A DNA stretch of 64,000 nt, from contig JBFMGH010000264.1 in assembly GCA_040752795.1 (NCBI GenBank), positions 37,978 through 101,977 of the forward strand, written 5' to 3'. Positions 56,554 through 64,000 of this stretch are shown piece after piece (the stretch's first letter is position 1; each line of letters begins with the position of its first letter). A program made the translations under genes and the position numbers. The stretch comes from Cyanobacteriota bacterium (lineage in GTDB: Bacteria; Cyanobacteriota; Vampirovibrionia; JBFMGH01). The notes under the pieces were generated by a model. It saw nothing but the letters and a program-made list of their open reading frames with translations. It did not search any database and was not told the DNA's origin.

Positions 56554-58872
56554 ATGACTAGTCAATATAAAGTAGTTAATCAAAGTGTAAAAAAAGTAGA
56601 TGGCCTTGCGTTAGCTTGTGGTAAACCTGTATTTACTTCTGATGTTAATATACCAGGTATGCTTTGTGTTAAAATACTTACTTCATCAAAGGCTCATGCA
56701 AGAATTAAGAATATTGATGTTTCTAAAGCGGAAGCTTTAGAAGGTGTCAAATGTGTATTATGCTATAAAAATGTTCCAAGAGTTCCTAGAACTACAGCAG
56801 GTCAGGGATATCCGGAACCTTCTCCATATGATTCATTCATGTTTGATAATAAAGTAAGGTTTGTTGGCGATAGAGTAGCTGCTGTTGCTGCTCTTAATGA
56901 AGAAATTGTAGACAAAGCTTTAGACCTTATTGAGGTGGAATATGAAGAATTAGAAGCAGTTCTTGATCCTAAAAAGGCAATGGATAAGAATGCGCCTATA
57001 ATTCATGATGAAGAAGACTGCCATGTAATTATTCCTATACCTTATGATCCTAAAAAGAATATGTGTGCAACTGTTAGTGCAATAGTTGGTGATACAAATA
57101 AAGCTATAGCTGAATCTGATTATCAGTTTGAGGTTACTACTCATGCACCTAAAGCCCAGCATTGTGCTACAGAACCTCATGTTTCAATTGCATATCTTGA
57201 TGATATGGAACGAATAGTTATTAAAACATCAACCCAGGTGCCTTACCACGTTAGAAGAATTGTTGCAAATACTTTACAGGTGCCAATTAAGAAGGTAAGA
57301 GTTATAAAACCTCGAGTAGGAGGAGCTTTTGGTAGTAAACAGGAAATGTGTTTTGAAGATATTGTTGCCATGGTTGCAATGAGAACTGGATTGCCATGTA
57401 AGCTTGAATACACACGTGAAGAGGTTTTTGTCTCCTCAAGAATCAGGCACGAGCAATATGTAACTATTAAAGCTGGTTTAAATAAAGATGGAACTATAAC
57501 AGCATTTGATATGTATGTTTTAAGTAACACTGGAGCTTATGGTTCTCATGGTCTAACGGTAATGTGTAACTGTGGTAGTAAAGTGTTACCTCTATATCCT
57601 TGTAATAATTTGAAGTTTGAAGGGCATGCAGTTTATACTAATGCCCCAGTAGCTGGTGCATATAGAGGATACGGTGCAACTCAGTCTGCTTTTACAATGG
57701 AAATCGTTATTGACCAGATGGCTGAAAAATTAGGAGTAGACCCACTAGAGTTTAGAAAGACTCACCATATTAGAGAAGGTCAGGGTTCAGAAATATTTAA
57801 AGCTCTCGGCGAAGGTAAAGAAGGTGTAGAGCAAACAATAAAATCTTGTGGATTGCCTGAATGTCTTAGAATTGGCTCTGAAGAAATAGGCTGGAAAGAT
57901 AAATGGAATAAAACAAAAGATAATGGGCCTATCAAACGAGGTGTTGGTATGGCAGCTTTAATGCAGGGGTCATCAGTGCCTGAAATAGATATGGCATCAG
58001 CTTCACTTAAGATGAATGAAGATGGTTCTTTTAATTTACTTGCTGGTGCTACTGATCTTGGAACAGGAAGTGATACTGTATTAGCGCAAATAGCAGCAGA
58101 ATCACTTGGTATTTCAGAAGAAGACATAATTGTATATTCTTCAGATACAGATTTAACACCTTTTGACGTAGGAGCATATGCTTCTTCGACAACATATCTC
58201 TCTGGTATGGCTGTTAAAAATGCGGCAGAAGAAGTAAAAAAACAAATAGTGCAAGTAGTCTCTGAAATGCTTAACGAGAAAGATGCAGAATATTCTTTTG
58301 AAGAAGGCTACGTAAAATCTTCTACCGGTAAAAAACTTACAATGTCAGATGTAGCGATGAGAGCTTTGTATCAAGAGAATCAGTTTCAAATTGGTGCTAT
58401 AGGGTCTGCTATAAGTCATTCTTCTCCGCCACCATTTTCTGCTCACTTTGTTGAAGTCGAAGTTGATACAGAGACAGGTAAAGTAACAGTGCTTAAATAT
58501 GTAGCAACTGTTGATTGTGGAACCGCAATAAACCCTAAACTAGCAGAAGGTCAAACCGAGGGTGCTGTTCTTAATGGAATTAGTTATGCCATGACAGAAA
58601 ACTATATTCTTAATGATGCTGGCAAAATGCTTAATCCTAATTTTAAATATTATAAGACTTTAAAAACTAATGATATTAAAGAAATAAAAGCTATATTAAT
58701 ACCAACATATGAGCCTACAGGGCCTTATGGGGCTAAGAGTGTTTCTGAAATATCTATAAATGGTGCTATGCCTGCAATATCAAATGCTATTTATAATGCG
58801 ACAGGAGTAAGATTGACTGATGCTCCATTTACACCAGACAGAGTGTTAGCTGCCTTAAAAGCACTAAAATAA
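56554..58872 (+). CDS. Xanthine dehydrogenase / aldehyde oxidoreductase-family molybdopterin-binding large subunit
   Basis: 772 aa. The N-terminal a/b hammerhead and C-terminal Moco-binding regions (GGAFGSK, AGAYRGYGATQ) are present. Confidence 0.9.
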   Translation: MTSQYKVVNQSVKKVDGLALACGKPVFTSDVNIPGMLCVKILTSSKAHARIKNIDVSKAEALEGVKCVLCYKNVPRVPRTTAGQGYPEPSPYDSFMFDNKVRFVGDRVAAVAALNEEIVDKALDLIEVEYEELEAVLDPKKAMDKNAPIIHDEEDCHVIIPIPYDPKKNMCATVSAIVGDTNKAIAESDYQFEVTTHAPKAQHCATEPHVSIAYLDDMERIVIKTSTQVPYHVRRIVANTLQVPIKKVRVIKPRVGGAFGSKQEMCFEDIVAMVAMRTGLPCKLEYTREEVFVSSRIRHEQYVTIKAGLNKDGTITAFDMYVLSNTGAYGSHGLTVMCNCGSKVLPLYPCNNLKFEGHAVYTNAPVAGAYRGYGATQSAFTMEIVIDQMAEKLGVDPLEFRKTHHIREGQGSEIFKALGEGKEGVEQTIKSCGLPECLRIGSEEIGWKDKWNKTKDNGPIKRGVGMAALMQGSSVPEIDMASASLKMNEDGSFNLLAGATDLGTGSDTVLAQIAAESLGISEEDIIVYSSDTDLTPFDVGAYASSTTYLSGMAVKNAAEEVKKQIVQVVSEMLNEKDAEYSFEEGYVKSSTGKKLTMSDVAMRALYQENQFQIGAIGSAISHSSPPPFSAHFVEVEVDTETGKVTVLKYVATVDCGTAINPKLAEGQTEGAVLNGISYAMTENYILNDAGKMLNPNFKYYKTLKTNDIKEIKAILIPTYEPTGPYGAKSVSEISINGAMPAISNAIYNATGVRLTDAPFTPDRVLAALKALK

Positions 58873-58904
58873 TAAGAAAAAATAAAAAATAAAATTGTTG
58901 TTAT

Positions 58905-59144
58905 TTAACCACCACCGGCTGGCAGGAAAAGTGATACAGCTACGCCTTCATCTAGGCTATCTTCAAGATTTTTCTTGTCGCCATTAACTGTAACAACAAT
59001 AAACTTTTGGTGTTCTTTTCTATAACCAAGGTCATTCAGGAGTGTTTCAACCGTTGCGTCATTGCTTATTTCAACCCATTCCTGCTTTTTGCCGGAATGT
59101 GAGCAAATAACACCTGTATATTCTACAAATACTTTTTTACTCAA
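58905..59144 (-). CDS. MoaD/ThiS-like ubiquitin-fold sulfur carrier protein (C-terminal Gly-Gly)
   Basis: 79 aa ending ...PAGGG. It is adjacent to the molybdoenzyme operon. There are unusual Cys/His residues in the N-terminal part. Confidence 0.6.
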   Translation of the reverse strand: MSKKVFVEYTGVICSHSGKKQEWVEISNDATVETLLNDLGYRKEHQKFIVVTVNGDKKNLEDSLDEGVAVSLFLPAGGG

Positions 59145-59471
59145 TATTACGCATCCTTGTAATCTTTATTTTAAATTTACAGAAAGTATACAAAAGTATT
59201 AAGGCATAAATAATTCTTTTCGAAGGGAAATAATAGTATAACATATTTAAAATTTTTGTAAAGAAATGTTAACTTTCTTTATTAATGTAGCAAAACTAAT
59301 TTTTGACAATATTTAATATATTATAACTTTATTAATAACTCATGTAGTGACTTAAAAGTAATTAAATTCTAATCTGTAGCGTTTTGTATTAAAAAAAATA
59401 ACTATTAGTTCGAACTTATTTAATTAACCATTTCTTTTAGAGAGAAAAAAAAGAGAATATCGGGGGTTTTA

Positions 59472-60842
59472 ATGAGTATTAGCCAGGTCAGATTTATGGG
59501 GCCACAGTTAGAAAAGCAGAAACAATTACCTGCTCCTCTTATAGCGTTTAGGGGAATAAGAAATCCTTTAGTTAATGATACTGTAAATTTTCAAGGTGGC
59601 TCTAAAGCTACTCCTGTAGAAGGGCGAAGAGAATTTAACTGGGATTTACGAGACCTTTTCCTGAAAATACCAAAAACCGAATTGCATTTGCATTTAAGCG
59701 GTTCAACCCCTATTCCTGTCATACGTGAAATATTGCGTGAACATGGAATGAAGGAAGATGATGTTATTAAAAATACAACATTTAGTACAGATTATGATGG
59801 TTTAGATGGCTTCTTAAAAGTATATTATAAAATAGCATGGGTTGTAAAAACTCCTGAGCATTTCAAAAAGTCTGCTTACCAGATATGTATGGATGCAGCA
59901 GCCGAAAATGTTAAATATTTAGAGATTAGAACCAGTTGCATAGATAAAGATGGAACGCCTGATGAGATATTGCAGGCTGTTACAGATGGTATTAATAAGG
60001 CAAAAGAAGAATTAAAGGCAAAAGGTTTTGACCAGAAAGCAAAAATTATTGTATTAGCTCAAAGGCATCATGACCCTAAAGAAGGCCTTGAACATGCAAA
60101 AATTGCTGAGAAGTGGTCTAAAAAGCCTGATTCATTAGTTGTTGGTTTTGATGTCGCTGGACCAGAAAGTGGTTTTCCTATTACTTTCCATGAAGAGTCT
60201 ATTAGGTATGCTAAAAATGCTGGTCTTAAAGTAACAGTTCACGCTGGTGAAACACCTTCTTCAAAATATGTTCCAAGTGAAAAGCTTAAGCCAATCTTTG
60301 GAGATAAAGAAATAGAAGTTAAACCTGTTGAAGCTATCAAAAAAGCTATAGACTATGGTGCTGATAGGCTTGGACACGGCGTTCACTTGTATGATGATCC
60401 AGCAGTTTTAAAAGAAGTAATAGATAAGCAGATTCCAATAGAATCACCACCAAAATGTAACGTTCAACTAGGTAGTGTTAAATCTTATAAAGATCACCCA
60501 ATTAAGAAAATGCTTGATGATGGAGTTAATGTTAGTCTTTCTACAGACAATAGAGCACTTTCTGGCACTAACTTGCACCATGAATATGAACAATTATATG
60601 TTCACGATGTTGTAACATCCTGGACTGATATCAAGAAATTGGTTATGAATGGTGTTAGATCTGTGTTTTTACCGCAAGAAGAGAAGCAACAGTTAGTGAA
60701 GCAATTTGAGGCAGAACTTAAAGCAATAGAAAATGATCCAAAGTACAAGGCCTTAATTGATAAATATTTAACACCTACAAAGAAAGCAATTTCTTTTATG
60801 GGTATGAAGATCAACAAGTTGCTTAACAATAAAGCAGCATAG
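59472..60842 (+). CDS. Adenosine/AMP deaminase-family amidohydrolase with a ~60-aa N-terminal extension
   Basis: The ELHLHLSGS signature and the metal ligands HAGE and SLSTDN are present. Confidence 0.8.
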   Translation: MSISQVRFMGPQLEKQKQLPAPLIAFRGIRNPLVNDTVNFQGGSKATPVEGRREFNWDLRDLFLKIPKTELHLHLSGSTPIPVIREILREHGMKEDDVIKNTTFSTDYDGLDGFLKVYYKIAWVVKTPEHFKKSAYQICMDAAAENVKYLEIRTSCIDKDGTPDEILQAVTDGINKAKEELKAKGFDQKAKIIVLAQRHHDPKEGLEHAKIAEKWSKKPDSLVVGFDVAGPESGFPITFHEESIRYAKNAGLKVTVHAGETPSSKYVPSEKLKPIFGDKEIEVKPVEAIKKAIDYGADRLGHGVHLYDDPAVLKEVIDKQIPIESPPKCNVQLGSVKSYKDHPIKKMLDDGVNVSLSTDNRALSGTNLHHEYEQLYVHDVVTSWTDIKKLVMNGVRSVFLPQEEKQQLVKQFEAELKAIENDPKYKALIDKYLTPTKKAISFMGMKINKLLNNKAA

Positions 60843-60870
60843 AATATAAATAGAATTATAAATGTTAGAG

Positions 60871-62268
60871 TTATTTTCCTATACAAAACTGGGAGAAAAT
60901 GTAGTCTAGAATTTCTTCTGTAACGGCTTCTCCTAATATTTCGTTGAGAGAAATCAAAGAAGATTTTATGTCAATTGATATCAGGTCTTGCATTTCATTT
61001 TTATTTGAAGCTTCTATTGCCAGACTCAGGTATTCTTTTGCCTTTTTCAGGCATTCTTTATGTCTTAAATTCAGGTAAACTTCATCTCTTTCTGCTCTAA
61101 AATTTTCTCCCAGCATAGTATTTTTGATTTTTTGTTTAAGTAGATCAATATTAATACCTGAGGTTGCAGAAACAGCAATTATGTCTGTTGATGGGATTTT
61201 GCCAGAGTCAACAAGGTCAATTTTATTAGCCACTTTGATAATTGGTTTGGAAGATTTTGTAGCCTCGTCTAAAATACATATGTCTTCGTTTGTTAAACCC
61301 TGCTTTATATCATATATAAATAGTATAAGATCGCCGTCTGCTATTGCTCCTTTGGATCTATTAACTCCTATAGCCTCGATATAATCATTTTGATTTAGAT
61401 TAACAGTATTTCTAATGCCTGCGGTGTCTGTTATTACTACAGGTATTCCGCTGATGTCTATGTGTTCCTGTAGTATGTCTCTTGTTGTGCCTGGTATATC
61501 AGTTACTATAGCTCTGTCACTGTTTAGCAAATGGTTAAAGAGAGATGATTTACCTACATTTGGTTTGCCTATAATAACTACTTTTATTCCATGTTTTAAT
61601 ATATTTCCATCTGTTGCTTTATTTATAACTTCTTCAATATTGGATTTAATGTTATTTAGATGGTTATTTAGGTCAAAATAATTAATCTCTTCTACGTCAT
61701 CAGGGAAATCTATGCTTGCTTCAATTTGAGCTAGAAGTTTAATTAGCTGTGATCTTAGATTATTTATTAATATTGAAAGTTGTCCGGATAAATTGTATGC
61801 TGCAGCAGCAGAAAACAGATCAGTTTTTGCTGAAATAATGTCTAAAACAGCTTCAACCTGTGTCAGGTCAATTCTACCACCGATGAAAGCTCTTTTAGTA
61901 AATTCCCCTTTTTCTGCTATTCTGGCTCCTTGATTCAGGCAAATATCAAGTATATTTTCTGTTACTTTAATACCCCCATGGCATTGAATCTCTATAAGGT
62001 CTTCAGTAGTGTAACTGTTGGGTGATTTGAAAGCTAATAATATAACTTCATCTATAAGTGAGTTGTTAGTCGGATTAATTATCCAGCCATGGTGGATTTT
62101 AGAGTTAGACAGATATTTGAGAGGCCGTTTATTTTTAGAAGTTCTAAAGATATTTAATGCTATTTCCCAGGCGTTATTGCCACTTAACCTTATAACACTA
62201 ATACCTGCTACCCCTAATGGTGTTGCAATAGCTGCTATAGTGTCCTGTTCTACTGATTTATATTGCAT
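60871..62268 (-). CDS. mnmE: tRNA modification GTPase MnmE (TrmE)
   Basis: The N-terminal THF-binding domain, G-domain GKPNVGKSSLFN ... DTAG, and the C-terminal FCIGK motif are present. Confidence 0.92.
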   Translation of the reverse strand: MQYKSVEQDTIAAIATPLGVAGISVIRLSGNNAWEIALNIFRTSKNKRPLKYLSNSKIHHGWIINPTNNSLIDEVILLAFKSPNSYTTEDLIEIQCHGGIKVTENILDICLNQGARIAEKGEFTKRAFIGGRIDLTQVEAVLDIISAKTDLFSAAAAYNLSGQLSILINNLRSQLIKLLAQIEASIDFPDDVEEINYFDLNNHLNNIKSNIEEVINKATDGNILKHGIKVVIIGKPNVGKSSLFNHLLNSDRAIVTDIPGTTRDILQEHIDISGIPVVITDTAGIRNTVNLNQNDYIEAIGVNRSKGAIADGDLILFIYDIKQGLTNEDICILDEATKSSKPIIKVANKIDLVDSGKIPSTDIIAVSATSGINIDLLKQKIKNTMLGENFRAERDEVYLNLRHKECLKKAKEYLSLAIEASNKNEMQDLISIDIKSSLISLNEILGEAVTEEILDYIFSQFCIGK

Positions 62269-62276
62269 TACATTTA

Positions 62277-63500
62277 TTATTTAAACTTCTTTTTGGATTT
62301 GCTTTTGCGTTTTTTTCTGGATAATTTATTTTTTGAACCCTGTGTTATTGAGGTACGTTCTTGTTTAGAGGTGCCTAAGAGAATTGGTTCATTTCCTTCA
62401 GAATCCTCTTTGGGTTCAGATTCGATATCAATAACCTGGGTTGTTGAGGTTTTAGGTTTTTGTTGAGTAGCTTCAAAAGCTAAATACTTATTTATAGCAA
62501 ATGTTTGTCCGACCTGGAATATGTTACTTGCTACCATATATAACAAGACCCCGGCTGGTATAGGAATAATAACAAACATGGCCATAATCATGAATGGCAT
62601 CATTTTTGTCATTGATTCTTGCATTGCTTTTTGTTGTGGATCCATGTTAGCAGTTGATGACATGCTGGTCATTAACTTTTGTGAGAACCACATAGTAACT
62701 CCAAATAGTATGAGCAATAAGAATACACCTATATTAAACTTGGATTTTGCTGGTGCTGTATCAGCACTTCCTTCTAGCATATTATTTTTAGGATTAAATA
62801 GAAACTTAATATGTTCAATTTCTTTAGAGTTATTGTCTACTACTGGTATTGTTGCGCTTACTATTTGATCAGTTTCAATGGCTTTTTCATGATATTTAAT
62901 TTTATCAGATAGGATCTCAAAATGAATTTTATTCCCGGGTTTAATGGGGTTTGGTTTTGTTATAAGTGCTTTATTGTAGTCATCTATGGTGCATTCAATT
63001 GTATTATTATCTTTGAGCTTTACTATAACATTATATTTTCCAGTTATAAAGGTATCTTTATCTTTTACATTGAATGTTCCATCATCCATTTTGCCTGCAT
63101 AGGTTTGTAGTGTGCCATCTAGCCTATTAATAAATAGAAAAGATTCTGGACCTGCCATTTGAAGAAATATGGGACTTATTAATGTTGTATAAAGCAAAAT
63201 AAAAATGGGCATTTGTAGCAATAAAGGCAGGCATCCACCAAGCGGATTAAATTTATTTTCTTTGTAAAACTCCATCATTTTCATCTGGAGCTTCTGAGGG
63301 TCATCTTTATATTTTTGTTGAAGTTGTTTTAATTTAGGTGATAGCTCCTGCATCTTTTTCATGGATCTTTGTTGCGAAACACTTAGAGGTATTAAAGCCA
63401 ATCTAACAACGATAGTCAGAAGTATAATGGCCATCCCCCAGCTTCCACCGATGTTTTTTAAAGCTTCTAATACTTGAATTGTTAATAAAGTCCAGTCCAC
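62277..63500 (-). CDS. yidC: Membrane protein insertase YidC/Oxa1 family with an inserted ~150-aa soluble domain and a Lys-rich C-terminal tail
   Basis: The conserved core FNPLGGCLPLLLQMPIFILLY and five TM helices are present. The polybasic tail RKKRKSKSKKKFK is of the ribosome-binding type. Confidence 0.9.
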   Translation of the reverse strand: MDWTLLTIQVLEALKNIGGSWGMAIILLTIVVRLALIPLSVSQQRSMKKMQELSPKLKQLQQKYKDDPQKLQMKMMEFYKENKFNPLGGCLPLLLQMPIFILLYTTLISPIFLQMAGPESFLFINRLDGTLQTYAGKMDDGTFNVKDKDTFITGKYNVIVKLKDNNTIECTIDDYNKALITKPNPIKPGNKIHFEILSDKIKYHEKAIETDQIVSATIPVVDNNSKEIEHIKFLFNPKNNMLEGSADTAPAKSKFNIGVFLLLILFGVTMWFSQKLMTSMSSTANMDPQQKAMQESMTKMMPFMIMAMFVIIPIPAGVLLYMVASNIFQVGQTFAINKYLAFEATQQKPKTSTTQVIDIESEPKEDSEGNEPILLGTSKQERTSITQGSKNKLSRKKRKSKSKKKFK

Positions 63501-63512
63501 GAAAAATACCTC

Positions 63513-63743
63513 TTATATTTCAACTTTACTTTTTAATGGAATAGGATCATAACCGCCCGGGTCAAATGGATGACACCTGCAGATTCTTTTTATACCAATC
63601 CATGTTCCATATAAAACACCCCATTCTTCTATTGCAAGTTTTGTATATTCTGAGCAAGTAGGCTCGAAACGACATGTTCTTGGTTTGAAGAACATAGCTT
63701 TTTGATATATTTTAATTAATGTAATAGCTATATTTTTTAACAT
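63513..63743 (-). CDS. yidD: Membrane protein insertion efficiency factor YidD
   Basis: The conserved motif RFEPTCSEY...[11 protein letters not shown] is present, at 76 aa. Confidence 0.9.
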   Translation of the reverse strand: MLKNIAITLIKIYQKAMFFKPRTCRFEPTCSEYTKLAIEEWGVLYGTWIGIKRICRCHPFDPGGYDPIPLKSKVEI

Positions 63744-64000
63744 GCCTTATTTTTAACTAGTTTATTGGCTTTATTTAAGCATTTTAGAATGCTGTCTTGT
63801 ATCTGAAAATAATCCTGATCTAATATAGATGGTCGTGCAATAAGAATAATTGATTCAAAGTTTAGTACTAGATTAGAATTTATTTTCCTAATATTTCTGT
63901 ATGCTTCTCGCATACGTCTTTTAATTTTGTTTCGCTTATTAGCTTTTTTGTGTACTTTTTTGCCCACAATAAAGCCAATTTTTGTATGTTCTGGATTTAG
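63737..64000 (-). CDS. rnpA: RNase P protein component RnpA (its N-terminus lies beyond the window end)
   Basis: The RNR motif [11 protein letters not shown] is present. The gene overlaps yidD by 7 bp, and the reading frame stays open to the window edge. Confidence 0.8.
   Translation of the reverse strand, partial: LNPEHTKIGFIVGKKVHKKANKRNKIKRRMREAYRNIRKINSNLVLNFESIILIARPSILDQDYFQIQDSILKCLNKANKLVKNKAC

Overview
This is an AT-rich (GC looks about 30-35%) bacterial chromosomal segment, gene-dense on both strands, with no IS elements, prophage genes or CRISPR arrays visible. Read left to right it contains:

1. **Type IV pilus motor operon (pilB 3' part - pilT - pilC, a gene order typical of Cyanobacteria/Melainabacteria and some Firmicutes).** PilB carries an unusual C-terminal extension with multiple CxxC zinc-ribbon motifs.
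2. **purH** on the minus strand.
3. **Two tandem paralogous HD-GYP c-di-GMP phosphodiesterases.**
4. **A 1857-aa Asn/Thr/Asp/Gly-rich protein with no cysteine.** It is built from about 11 tandem 128-aa (384-bp) repeats, each carrying an RTX-like GGxGxDx[IV]x nonapeptide.
5. **A tRNA-Pro/Gly/His cluster** with a sigma70-like promoter, followed by recO.
6. **A possible glycan/exopolysaccharide locus**: MFS transporter, GT1 glycosyltransferase, PgaC/IcaA-like processive GT2 synthase and a TPR membrane protein.
7. **Housekeeping and envelope genes**: nitroreductase, an LCP-family operon, a DUF1232 protein, a HEAT-repeat lipoprotein and an agmatinase-like gene.
8. **A 512-aa hypothetical protein** with a possible Cys/His hydrolase core, followed by a tRNA-Ala gene.
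9. **Transport and envelope maintenance genes**: a YqeG-type HAD hydrolase, a U32 peptidase, a MlaD/F/E-like ABC system, a GHL10-family putative glycoside hydrolase, two tandem APC amino-acid permeases and a DAACS symporter.
10. **A regulatory and small-protein region**: a TPR protein, a membrane GGDEF diguanylate cyclase, small coiled-coil proteins and an orphan response regulator.
11. **rplU-rpmA**, with L21 carrying a roughly 100-aa Lys/Glu-rich tail.
12. **A GT2 / FAD-oxidoreductase / GT-C glycosylation cluster**, then pcm.
13. **A BlaI-family repressor** with TACA/TGTA operator-like repeats upstream.
14. **SpmA/SpmB.**
15. **A purine-catabolism-like cluster**: a three-subunit xanthine-dehydrogenase-family molybdoenzyme (FAD, 2Fe-2S and Moco subunits), a MoaD-like protein and an adenosine deaminase.
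16. **The origin-proximal mnmE-yidC-yidD-rnpA block** (rnpA truncated at the window edge).

The most unusual stretch is the left 13 kb: a pilus motor with a zinc-ribbon-tailed PilB, twin HD-GYP enzymes and a giant RTX-like repeat protein. It looks like a c-di-GMP-tuned pilus and surface-adhesin module that would be worth characterising.
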